Part shown: positions 1 to 8,967 of the stretch, one piece after another
Position numbering within the stretch: position 1 is the stretch's first letter
Layout of the letters: every line of letters begins with the position of its first letter
Assembly (NCBI GenBank): GCA_029557215.1
Contig: JAKPQQ010000215.1
Span: 3,875-67,874, forward strand
Direction of reading: 5' to 3'
DNA from: Fibrobacterota bacterium
Lineage (GTDB): Bacteria > Fibrobacterota > Fibrobacteria > UBA5070
Length of the DNA stretch: 64,000 nt
Notes under the pieces: model-generated
Seen by the model: the letters and a program-made list of their open reading frames with translations, nothing else
Databases searched by the model: none
What the model was told of the DNA's origin: nothing
Position numbers and translations under genes: made by a program

Positions 1-2
1 CG

Positions 3-1442
3 AACGGCTACATCGGCAAACGTCTGCTTCCCTTGCTGGTGCGGGCGGGACACGAAGTCGTGTGCTGCGTGCGCGACCGACGGCGGTTCCCCTCCGAGGG
101 GATCTACGCCCACCCCGCCGTCACGGTGCTGGAAATCGACTTCCTGAAAAAGCCGGCCCTGGACGCGACCATTCCCCGGATCGACGCGGCCTACTACCTG
201 ATCCATTCCATGAGCGACGCGAGCCGCGATTTCTGCGCCCTGGAGGAAGCTTCGGCGATCCATTTCCTGGAGCTGGCCAACCGCCTGGGAGTACGACAGA
301 TCCTGTACCTGGGAGGGATCGTCAACGAAGCGCGATTGTCCCGGCATCTCCAGTCGCGCAGCAACGTGGATGCGATCCTCCGCTCGGGAGGCATCCCCGT
401 CACGACCCTCAAGGCGGGCATCGTGGTGGGATCGGGAAGTTCGTCGTTCGAGATCATCCGCGACCTCGTCGAGAAGCTGCCGATCATGGTCACCCCCCGC
501 TGGTTGAACACGCGCATCCAGCCCATCGCCGTGCGCGACGTGCTGGAATTCCTTCTGCGCTGCCTGGGCGACCCGCGGTTCGCGGGCGGATCGTACGACA
601 TCGCAGGCCCCGACATCCTCACCTACAAGCAGATGCTCCTGCAGTTCGCCGAGGTGCGCGGGCTCAAGCGCCGCATTTGGACAATCCCTGTCATGACGCC
701 GCGGTTGTCCTCCTACTGGCTGTACTTCGTGACGTCGACGTCGTACAGGTTGGCCGTGAACCTGGTGAACAGCATGAAGGTGGAGGTGGTGGCGCGCCCC
801 AACGACCTCGCCTCGCAACTGGGCATCGCCACCATCCCCTACCGTCGGGCCGTCGAACTGGCCTTCGAGACCATCGAGCGCAACGGCGTGGTTTCCAGTT
901 GGAAGGATTCCCGGGTTTCCAGCGGATTCGGGGAATCGCTCATGGAGCGTGTGGTCGTCCCCCGGAACGGCTGCTACTTCGATCGCCGCATCAAGCCGAT
1001 CGCGGGCGACACGTCCAAGGTCCTGGACGCGATCTGGTCGATCGGCGGGGAGACGGGTTGGTACTACGGCGATTGGCTGTGGCGACTCCGAGGAATCATC
1101 GACAAGATGTTCGGTGGCGTCGGGTTGCGGCGAGGCCGGACCGATCCGCATCGGATCCGCACGGGCGACACCTTGGACTTCTGGCGTGTCCTGGCCGCCG
1201 ACCGCGACGCGGGACGTCTGCTCCTGTACGCCGAGATGCGGCTGCCCGGCGAGGCCTGGCTGGAATTCCGGGTGGTCAAAGACCCCGGCGGCGATCGTCT
1301 GGAGCAATGCGCGACGTTCCGCCCCAAGGGCTTGTCGGGTCGGGCCTACTGGTACGCGGTCCTGCCGTTCCACCACTTCGTCTTCGAAGGAATGGCCCGC
1401 GGAATCCTGGAACGCGGGGCGGCTTCGCCCGCGAACGAGTGA
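3..1442 (+). CDS. NAD(P)-binding SDR/epimerase-type oxidoreductase with C-terminal DUF2867-like domain (5'-partial)
   Basis: Frame is open from the window edge (NGYIGKRLLPLL, end of a Rossmann GxxGxxG); SKHL-type motif 'LSRHLQSR'; C-terminal 'IGGETGWYY..LW.LRG..D...GG.GLRRGR..D.LDFWRV' typical of YbjT/DUF2867 proteins. Confidence 0.85.
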   Translation, partial: NGYIGKRLLPLLVRAGHEVVCCVRDRRRFPSEGIYAHPAVTVLEIDFLKKPALDATIPRIDAAYYLIHSMSDASRDFCALEEASAIHFLELANRLGVRQILYLGGIVNEARLSRHLQSRSNVDAILRSGGIPVTTLKAGIVVGSGSSSFEIIRDLVEKLPIMVTPRWLNTRIQPIAVRDVLEFLLRCLGDPRFAGGSYDIAGPDILTYKQMLLQFAEVRGLKRRIWTIPVMTPRLSSYWLYFVTSTSYRLAVNLVNSMKVEVVARPNDLASQLGIATIPYRRAVELAFETIERNGVVSSWKDSRVSSGFGESLMERVVVPRNGCYFDRRIKPIAGDTSKVLDAIWSIGGETGWYYGDWLWRLRGIIDKMFGGVGLRRGRTDPHRIRTGDTLDFWRVLAADRDAGRLLLYAEMRLPGEAWLEFRVVKDPGGDRLEQCATFRPKGLSGRAYWYAVLPFHHFVFEGMARGILERGAASPANE

Positions 1443-1468
1443 AGGTGTTCGCGCCAAGCGGCAGGACG

Positions 1469-1590
1469 ACCACCCCGTCCGGCTTCGCCGTCCACCCCTC
1501 CAAGGGAGGGGAATGAGCTGCAGAAAGCACCATAAGCGTCTTGTTCAATTCCCCTCCTGTGGAGGGGTACGCCGAAGGCGGGGGGTGGTT
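1469..1590. repeat. Inverted pair of REP-like palindromic units
   Basis: ACCACCCCGTCCGGCTTCGCCGTCCACCCCTCCAAGGGAGGGGAAT (1469-1514) is approximately reverse-complemented by ATTCCCCTCCTGTGGAGGGGTACGCCGAAGGCGGGGGGTGGTT (1548-1590); intergenic, just after a stop codon. Confidence 0.7.
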
Positions 1591-1746
1591 TGCCCCTCGA
1601 ACAGTTGAAGGGGTTCGCACAATCACAGGTGATACAGCTACTCCGACTTGGAACGATGTTGCCCCATACGTTTGACCGGGCGAAACGGTAGATTGGATTC
1701 TTGACGAACGGTCCACAGCCGATCGACCGAACCGAGGAAGCGAACC

Positions 1747-3495
1747 ATGAAAACACGAATCCTTCACGTCCTGTTGGGCGCCTGCCTGCTTCTTCCCGCT
1801 TGGGCCACCGCCGGCGCCAAGTCGTTCGTGAAAGCCCAAGGCCGCGGCGTCAACCTGGGCAACATGCTCGAAGCCCCGTCCGAAGGGTCTTGGGGCGTGA
1901 CCATGCAAAAGACCGACTTCGCGCTGATGGCCTCCAAGGGCTTCCAGAACGTGCGGATCCCCATCCGGTGGGATGGATCGGGTGTCGGGGGACTCCGGTT
2001 CGCTCGGGTCGCCCGCACCGAACCCTTCGCGGTCGATCCCCGGTTCTTCGCGCGGGTCGATTCGGCCATCCTGTGGGCCCGCCAGAACCGCCTGGTGGTG
2101 ACCATCAACGACCACCACCACGACAGCCTGTTCCAAGGCTACGTGAAGGAAAAGCCACGGTTCATCGCCATGTGGCGCCAGATCGCCGAACGCTACCGCG
2201 ATCTCCCCACGGATTCCGTCGCCTTCGAGATCCTGAACGAACCCAACACCCAGGTCACGGTGGAAGCCTGGAACGAACTCCTGGACACCACATTGAAGGT
2301 GATCCGCGAAAGCAACCCCACCCGCCCGGTGGTGGTCGGCACCGCCAACTGGGGAGGGCTGTCGGGGTTGTCGGGACTGCGGCTTCCCGAAAACGACACG
2401 AACATCGTCCTGACCATCCACTACTACGAACCGTTCGCGTTCACGCACCAGGGGGCCGACTGGGTGGACCCGGTGCCGCCGACCGGCGTGACCTGGGAGG
2501 GCACCTACTACGAAAAGCTCGCCGTCCGGCAGGCCATGGACGCGATCGCCGACTACGCCAAGCCGCGCGGTCTGCCCGTGTTCATCGGGGAGTTCGGCGC
2601 CTACAGCACCGCCGATGTCCGTTCACGCGCCCGCTGGACCCGCCACTGCGCCCGGTTGTTCGAGTCGTACGGATTCTCCTGGGCCTACTGGGAATTCAAG
2701 GCGGGGTTCGGGATCTACGACGAATCTTCCGGAACTTGGCAGGATTCGCTGGTGGGCGCGCTCGTCTCCGACGACACGACGATCCTTGAGAGAGGCGCCC
2801 CTCCCGCGGGTGGGACGGATCTTGTCAACCAGGGCGACTTCTCGTCGAAGCTGGACTGGAGCTTCAACGCGTCCCAGGGGGTCGCGAGATTCACGCTCGA
2901 CAGCGGCGCCGCCAAGTTCGCCATCACCACCGCCGCGAAGGAGGCCTGGGGAATCCAACTCATCCAGAGCCCCGTCGTGCTGCAAAAAGGGCTTGTGCAC
3001 GTGCTCCAGTTCGACGCCTGGGCGTCCTCGCCTCGCGCCATCGACGGAGGCCTGGGCATGAGCGAAGATCCTTGGACCGGGTACGTTTCGGCATCCGCCA
3101 GCCTGTCGACCACCCGCAAGACCTTCTTCGCGAGCTTCGTGCCCGCCGTCACCGACGAAAACGCACGCGTCTACTTCAATCTGGGTCCGGACACGGGAAC
3201 GGTGCGCATCGACGACGTCAAGCTGCTGGTGTGGCCATCCAACACTTCGGTGGGGCCGGCTTCCCGGAAATCGGCATCGACGCCGGTGCGCTGGACGGGC
3301 AACGCCCTGGTCTGGAACGGAAAGGACCACCCCCGATTCGACCGGGTGGTTTCGCCCACGGGACGAATCGCCGCACGTCTGGAATGGACGCGCTCGGGCG
3401 ACGCCTGGACCGCCAGCGCCACAGGTCTGGGCGCGGGAACATGGATCGCGGCGGGCCCCGCCGGAACGGCGATGTTCACCAACACGGCACCTTGA
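1747..3495 (+). CDS. Secreted GH5 endoglucanase with CBM4/9-like module and short C-terminal tail
   Basis: Signal peptide; GVNLGNMLEAP, VRIPIRW, catalytic ILNEP, HYYEPF, IGEFG, WAYWEF; CBM4-like 'NQGDFS..WSF..WGIQLIQ..FDAWAS..IDDVKL'; RBS GAGGA upstream. Confidence 0.9.
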   Translation: MKTRILHVLLGACLLLPAWATAGAKSFVKAQGRGVNLGNMLEAPSEGSWGVTMQKTDFALMASKGFQNVRIPIRWDGSGVGGLRFARVARTEPFAVDPRFFARVDSAILWARQNRLVVTINDHHHDSLFQGYVKEKPRFIAMWRQIAERYRDLPTDSVAFEILNEPNTQVTVEAWNELLDTTLKVIRESNPTRPVVVGTANWGGLSGLSGLRLPENDTNIVLTIHYYEPFAFTHQGADWVDPVPPTGVTWEGTYYEKLAVRQAMDAIADYAKPRGLPVFIGEFGAYSTADVRSRARWTRHCARLFESYGFSWAYWEFKAGFGIYDESSGTWQDSLVGALVSDDTTILERGAPPAGGTDLVNQGDFSSKLDWSFNASQGVARFTLDSGAAKFAITTAAKEAWGIQLIQSPVVLQKGLVHVLQFDAWASSPRAIDGGLGMSEDPWTGYVSASASLSTTRKTFFASFVPAVTDENARVYFNLGPDTGTVRIDDVKLLVWPSNTSVGPASRKSASTPVRWTGNALVWNGKDHPRFDRVVSPTGRIAARLEWTRSGDAWTASATGLGAGTWIAAGPAGTAMFTNTAP

Positions 3496-3536
3496 TTCCC
3501 TGACCGACTTCGCGAAGCATCCTTTCGTCCGTACAT

Positions 3537-3566
3537 TCTCCCTCTCCCGACCTCGGGGAGGGAGAT
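3537..3566. repeat. REP-like hairpin / possible bidirectional terminator between convergent GH genes
   Basis: CTCCCTCTCCCGA-CC-TCGGGGAGGGAG imperfect stem-loop. Confidence 0.5.
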
Positions 3567-3571
3567 CCGCA

Positions 3572-5668
3572 TCACGGCAGCACCGCCAGCGTCGCCGTCC
3601 CGCCGGGGACCGATCGGAGCAGGACGGTTCCCTGGATGGACGCGGGGATCGCGAAATTCCCTTGGCCGGGAAGCGACGCGAGGCGGCGTCCGGACAGGTC
3701 CGACACGTGGACCGCCGCGGCCGGGACCGGGCCTTGGACACGAACCATCCTCCCCAGAACAGAAATCGTCCAGCCGGAGGGAGCGGTCGCCGCGCCTCCG
3801 ATCGCCGCGTTCTCGGTCTCGCGGAACGTCCAGCGCTGGTTCTTGGTGTCCCAGTTGCGGTACTGCATCACCTTCGCGTCGTCGGCCGTGCCGGTCGCGC
3901 CGCCGTCCACGTCCAGCGATTTGCCGGAGCAGCCGTTGACGATCTGGTGGTTGCCCGTGCCGTCGTCGACCACCTGCCAGCGCGTGCCCGCGCCCGTGTC
4001 GGACACCAGCGCCAGCGGAGCCCCGTCCAACAGCGAATCGGAAGCCACCGCCAGACGTTTTCCGTCCTGCTCGAACGCCCACCAGCCCGATCCCAGGGAC
4101 CTGGCCTTCCAGATCTGGACGCCTGCGCGAGGGGCGACGGCCCGCTGCACCATGCCCGAGGCCGTGGTGGTCAGCGCCTTGCCGCTGTGGGCGGCCCGCA
4201 GGACGTAGGACGTTCCGTGCACCAGCGGCGCCACGGGAACGATCTCCCATTCCTGGTGGTCGCCCCACGTGTAGGCCCCCAACGCGAGCTTGGCGTGTTC
4301 GGCGCCCGACGCCCCCGCGACTTCGGCCACCTTGCCAAGGGTGTTGGCGGCCACCAGACGCCACCACGGACCCTCGGAGCGCACGAGGTGCCATTTCTGG
4401 TTCCACTTGTCGGAGGCCGCGTACTGCAGGATGCCCGCTCCCACCTCCCGGGATTCGTCCGAGACGTCCATGCGCATCCCCGAGTGGACGGAAGCGAACC
4501 GGTATTCCGAATTTCCCAGGTTCTCCAGCTTCCAGCGCTGCGACGGTGTGCCGGAATCCGTCACGATCTCCAGCCGGGCCGCCGATGTCTTGTTGGGGAC
4601 CGCGAGCACCTTGCCCGTGGCGCGGGAGCGGATCTTGTAGACGCCGCTCTGGAACCAGGGTTCGCCGCGGATCCAACCCGAATCGAGTCCCGGATACCAC
4701 CGGTCCATCCAAGCAACCGACAGCGCCCCCCCCGACACGACCGCGGGGAGCATGACCATGCGCGAAAGCGAAAAGTCCCTCACCGACCAGCGATCGCCCA
4801 TGTAGACGAAATTGCGCCCATCGTTTCCCGGCAAGGCGAACGCCCATCCCACCTGCGATTCGTAGGTGTGGGTGCCCGACACCGCGAGTCCCTTGCCACT
4901 GGACCACGGTCCCGCCAGCGACTTGGCCGTGAAGTAGCGATTGTCGTTGAAGTCCCAACCGGTGCACCACGACATCATCCAGTAGTAGGTGCCCGCCGAT
5001 TTCACGATCGCGTGGCCTTCGCACTCCATGTCGTTGGACGCCGACCCGCGGTAGACTTCCTCCACGATCTTGGTGTAGGTGTCGTCGAGCTCGAACAGGC
5101 TGACGTTCTGGTTGCCTTTGGTGGTGCAGATCAGGTAGGCCTTGCCGTCGTCGTCCTGATAGACATTGAGGTCGCGGCTGTCGATGTCCATGGGGCGGTA
5201 GTGGCCCTGGAACTTGAAGTCGCCGTCGATCCTGTCGGAAGTGGCCAAGGCGACCTCGGCCACGCTGTAGGCGTTCCATCCCTCGTAGTGCATCCAGATC
5301 ACGAACTGGCCGGTCTTCTTGTTGTGGAGGATCTTGGCGCGTTCAACAACCGCGTCCTTGTCCAGGGCGGGATCCGAATCGCGCCGCAGGATCTGCTTGA
5401 CCCAGGTCCAGTGGACAAGATCCGTCGAGACGTAGAGATTGATCCCGTGGAAGGCATGGTTGTCGCGGGAACGGTCGATCCCCCACATGTACCACTTCCC
5501 GTCCACCTGGATGATCCCGCCTTCGGTGGCCGACACGACCTTGCCCCGGTCGTCCAGCCAATCGCCACCGGGCACCACGGGCTCGCGGCAGACGGCCCAG
5601 GAGGACACCGCGGCGCACATCAACGACAAGACCGCGCGACGGGCGCGACCGGATTGGGCGATCATCAT
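3572..5668 (-). CDS. Secreted GH43 (GH43_24 exo-beta-1,3-galactanase-like) with two ricin-B/CBM13 domains
   Basis: Signal peptide; 'EGGII', 'VVERAKILHNKKTGQFVIWMH', 'SRDLNVYQDDDGKAYL', 'TYESQ', 'YMGDRW'; QxW ricin repeats (SQRWKL, NQKWHL, HQEWEI, NQRWTF). Confidence 0.85.
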   Translation of the reverse strand: MMIAQSGRARRAVLSLMCAAVSSWAVCREPVVPGGDWLDDRGKVVSATEGGIIQVDGKWYMWGIDRSRDNHAFHGINLYVSTDLVHWTWVKQILRRDSDPALDKDAVVERAKILHNKKTGQFVIWMHYEGWNAYSVAEVALATSDRIDGDFKFQGHYRPMDIDSRDLNVYQDDDGKAYLICTTKGNQNVSLFELDDTYTKIVEEVYRGSASNDMECEGHAIVKSAGTYYWMMSWCTGWDFNDNRYFTAKSLAGPWSSGKGLAVSGTHTYESQVGWAFALPGNDGRNFVYMGDRWSVRDFSLSRMVMLPAVVSGGALSVAWMDRWYPGLDSGWIRGEPWFQSGVYKIRSRATGKVLAVPNKTSAARLEIVTDSGTPSQRWKLENLGNSEYRFASVHSGMRMDVSDESREVGAGILQYAASDKWNQKWHLVRSEGPWWRLVAANTLGKVAEVAGASGAEHAKLALGAYTWGDHQEWEIVPVAPLVHGTSYVLRAAHSGKALTTTASGMVQRAVAPRAGVQIWKARSLGSGWWAFEQDGKRLAVASDSLLDGAPLALVSDTGAGTRWQVVDDGTGNHQIVNGCSGKSLDVDGGATGTADDAKVMQYRNWDTKNQRWTFRETENAAIGGAATAPSGWTISVLGRMVRVQGPVPAAAVHVSDLSGRRLASLPGQGNFAIPASIQGTVLLRSVPGGTATLAVLP

Positions 5669-5777
5669 GGAAGGACTCCGAGTCTGCAGGATTCCCGCAA
5701 TCTAGCCCGGTGCCCCGCGACCCGCACCCGATTGGACCACGAAAGCGTTGACAACCGAGTCTCCGAACCTCGGGCGA

Positions 5778-6173
5778 TCAGTCGGCCAATCTTTGCACGA
5801 GCCCTTCTGGAATCCTGGGGCGGCCGCGCGCGTCCAGGACCGTGGTCACGAACCTGGCCTGGAGCATCGCGACGCCGTCGTCGCGGACGATCTCCTGCTG
5901 GAAGACCATGCGGATCTTGCCTTCCATGGAGCAGCGCACGGTCACGAAGAACCCGTCGCCGGGACGCAGAGGCTTGCGGTAGTCCAGTTCGGCCCGCACC
6001 ACCACCGGGAATTCGCCCCGCTGGGCCATGGCCGCGAAATCGACTCCGCGGGACAGGAGAAATTCGTGGCGGGCGTGCTCCAGGTAGTTCTGGTAGACGG
6101 CGTTGTTGACCAGCCCCTGCAGGTCGCACTCGTAATCGCGCACCTTGAGCTGGATTCGAAAGAGTTCGGACAT
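5778..6173 (-). CDS. Acyl-CoA thioesterase (4HBT/YbgC hot-dog fold)
   Basis: MSELFRIQLKVRDYECDLQGLVNNAVYQNYLEHAR motif. Confidence 0.88.
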   Translation of the reverse strand: MSELFRIQLKVRDYECDLQGLVNNAVYQNYLEHARHEFLLSRGVDFAAMAQRGEFPVVVRAELDYRKPLRPGDGFFVTVRCSMEGKIRMVFQQEIVRDDGVAMLQARFVTTVLDARGRPRIPEGLVQRLAD

Positions 6174-6255
6174 GGCGCGCCAAGTTAGGCAATCGCGCCG
6201 GAACATGGAAACCGCCCGCGTCGCCACGGTAGCGGATATGGTAGAATCGGCCCAC

Positions 6256-8475
6256 ATGCCCAACCAGCTCCCGAGTCGTCTCGCGAGGACCTCCGACCCG
6301 CTCGTGGGCGTGATCCTCGATTGCGTCCGAGCCCTGCTCCCGGTGGAAAACCTGGATGTGCTCCTGCGCACCGGCGTGGAGCTCGCGAGGACCCGCCTGG
6401 GCGCCGAACGCTGCGCCCTGTGGCTGCTGGATTTCGACAAGACCACGCTCCGAGGCACCTGGGGAACCGATCTGCAAGGCGGCACGACCGACGAACACGA
6501 CCTGCGATGTCCGGTCGGATCGCTGGAAGAAGAAATCGGATGCGCCTTCCAGGCGATGGAAGGCTGGCACCTGAAGCGCGACGAACGCCGCTACAGCTGG
6601 CAGAACGGCCGCCTTGTGGAAGAAGGCACGGGCTGGAACACGGTGATCCCGATTCCCGGGCTGGATGGCAACGTGGGCTGCTTTTTCCTGGACGCGGCGA
6701 TCAGCGAAGCCCCGCTGGACCCGCGCTTCCAGGACATGATGGCGCTCTACTGCGCCCTGCTCGGACAACTGGCGGGCCGCCGACTGGCCGAAGAACGCGA
6801 AAACGTCCTGTCCAGAGGACTGGAATCCGTCCTCGCCGCCGCCGACGAGCTGTTGGCCTACGACGATCTGGAACGCCTGCACCGGCGGATCGTGGAGCTT
6901 TCCCGCGAACGGCTCGGAGTGGCGCGAGCGGGACTGTTCGTATCCACCGAAGGCTCCGAAACCAGGTTCCAAGGCACCTGGGGAACCGATTGGGACGGCC
7001 GCACCACCGACGAGCACAAGGGAGCCTTCGATTTCCAGGAAGGCAGGCGCTTCGAGGAGCACGGAACGGTGGTCGTCAGCAATCCCCGTTGGAGCGCCTT
7101 CCAGCCATTCCCCATGTCGTGGTTCGAGCCCGACGGCACCCGGGTCGACGTCGCCGACGGCTGGAACGCCGCCATCCGCCTCAAGGTGGGCGAGCGCACG
7201 CTCGGGATCCTGTTCGTGGATCCCGGCCGCACCCGCGAACCGTTGGACCCGCGCAAGATGGACCTGCTGGCGACCTACTGCGCGCTGGCCGCGAGGATCC
7301 TGGAGCGCAGGCAGGCGCAGGACGAAATCCGTCGCGCCAACGAACAGCGGCTGGATTCCCTGGGCGTCCTGGCCGGCGGACTGGCCCACGACTTCAACAA
7401 CCTCCTGGCGGCGATCCTGGGGAGCGTGGAACTGCTCATCGAGCTCCCGCGGCTGGATTCCGACCTGGCCCGCAACCGGCTCGCCGACGCCCGGGACGCC
7501 TGCCTGCGGGGCAAGGCGCTGGCCGGACAACTTCTGACCTTTTCCAGGGGCGGGGCGCCGGTCAGGCATCCCATCGACACCCTGCCGTTCGTCGAGGAGG
7601 CGATCCGATCGTCGGTGGGAGCGCATCCGCTGCGCTGGAGCGTCCAGTATCGCGAACCTCCCTGGAACCTGCTGGCCGACGAGGCCCAGATGGGACAGGT
7701 GTTCCAGAATCTGACCGTCAACGCCTGCCATTGGCAGCCGCACGGCGGAAGCCTGTGGATCGGCATCGAAAACGTGCGGATCGAGGATGGGGATCCGCAG
7801 GTCCCGGCCGGGACCTACCTGCGGATCGACGTGCAGGACGCCGGCCCCGGAATCCCCGAACAGCTGCGGGGCCGGGTGTTCGATCCCTATTTCACGACCC
7901 GCTCGGGAGGGACCGGCCTCGGGCTGGCCACATGCCACTCGATCGTGGCGCGCCACGGCGGGCGCATCGAATGCCTGCCTTCGTCTCAGGGCGCGTTGTT
8001 CCGGTTGCTCCTGCCGGCGACCCAGGCGGCTCCGGCGAAGCACCCCCGGCGTCCCGACCGGGCCGTCGACCTCGCGGGCGCGCGGATCCTGGTCATGGAC
8101 GACGAACCGGTGCTGCGCAACATGCTCCGCGACATGCTCGAATTCCACGGCGCCAAGACGATCCTGGTGGAAGACGGCACCCAGGCAGAGCAGGCCTGGG
8201 AAGACGGAATCCGGCAAGGCGCGCCGTTCCACGCCGGAATCCTGGATCTGGTGGTCGATCAAGGCCTGGGCGGGCTCGAAGCCGCCCGAAGGATCCGATC
8301 CATGGACCCGAACGCGCGACTCCTGGTCTGCAGCGGATATTCCAACGATCCCCTTTTTTCCGATCCCGACGCCTACGGATTCTGCGGAACCATCCAAAAA
8401 CCGTTCCGTCTGTCCGAATTGCTGGATTCCGTCGCGAAATCGATTGCGGGAACGCGGCACGGCGATCATTCTTAA
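6256..8475 (+). CDS. Soluble hybrid histidine kinase (two GAF-like domains, HisKA, HATPase, receiver)
   Basis: H-box 'LAGGLAHDFNNLL', N-box 'QVFQNLTVNA', G-boxes 'DAGPGI', 'FDPYFTT..GGTGLGL', receiver 'ILVMDDE..ILDL..SGYS..IQKPF'; start chosen at MPNQ. Confidence 0.88.
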   Translation: MPNQLPSRLARTSDPLVGVILDCVRALLPVENLDVLLRTGVELARTRLGAERCALWLLDFDKTTLRGTWGTDLQGGTTDEHDLRCPVGSLEEEIGCAFQAMEGWHLKRDERRYSWQNGRLVEEGTGWNTVIPIPGLDGNVGCFFLDAAISEAPLDPRFQDMMALYCALLGQLAGRRLAEERENVLSRGLESVLAAADELLAYDDLERLHRRIVELSRERLGVARAGLFVSTEGSETRFQGTWGTDWDGRTTDEHKGAFDFQEGRRFEEHGTVVVSNPRWSAFQPFPMSWFEPDGTRVDVADGWNAAIRLKVGERTLGILFVDPGRTREPLDPRKMDLLATYCALAARILERRQAQDEIRRANEQRLDSLGVLAGGLAHDFNNLLAAILGSVELLIELPRLDSDLARNRLADARDACLRGKALAGQLLTFSRGGAPVRHPIDTLPFVEEAIRSSVGAHPLRWSVQYREPPWNLLADEAQMGQVFQNLTVNACHWQPHGGSLWIGIENVRIEDGDPQVPAGTYLRIDVQDAGPGIPEQLRGRVFDPYFTTRSGGTGLGLATCHSIVARHGGRIECLPSSQGALFRLLLPATQAAPAKHPRRPDRAVDLAGARILVMDDEPVLRNMLRDMLEFHGAKTILVEDGTQAEQAWEDGIRQGAPFHAGILDLVVDQGLGGLEAARRIRSMDPNARLLVCSGYSNDPLFSDPDAYGFCGTIQKPFRLSELLDSVAKSIAGTRHGDHS

Positions 8476-8885
8476 TGGGAATGGATTCCGTCCCAATCCG
8501 CATCGAAGCCAGGATCCTGGTGGTCGACGACGAAAACCTGGTGCAGCAATTCCTCCGGGAGATCCTGGAACGCTCCGGGGCACGCGTCCATGTCGCGGAT
8601 TCGGGTTCGGAAGCCTTCCGGCTTCTGGACGTCGCGCACGCGCATGGCCGCCCCTACGAGATCGTCATCACCGATCTCACGCTGGGCGACGGCCCCGACG
8701 GAATCGGGGTCGCCAAACGGGCCCGCGACCGGTTCGCCGCCACCCGGGTGGTCGCCTGCACCGGCCACTGCGAAGACAGGATCTTTTCCGCGCCCGGCGA
8801 TTTCGGGTTCGACGGCTGCATCGCCAAGCCGTTCCTGCTCCAGGACATCGTCGAACTGGTGGGAGCGCTCTCGAAACCCCGCTGA
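8475..8885 (+). CDS. Single-domain response regulator (receiver)
   Basis: ATG overlaps the kinase stop (TAATG); 'ILVVDDE..VITDL..DG..CTG..KPF'. Confidence 0.85.
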   Translation: MGMDSVPIRIEARILVVDDENLVQQFLREILERSGARVHVADSGSEAFRLLDVAHAHGRPYEIVITDLTLGDGPDGIGVAKRARDRFAATRVVACTGHCEDRIFSAPGDFGFDGCIAKPFLLQDIVELVGALSKPR

Positions 8886-8967
8886 AGGGGACCGACGCGC
8901 GCCACGGAAGCGAGGGGCTTGATTCCAGGAATCGCGAATGCGAGAATCCGAGTTCAGGAGACAAGCA

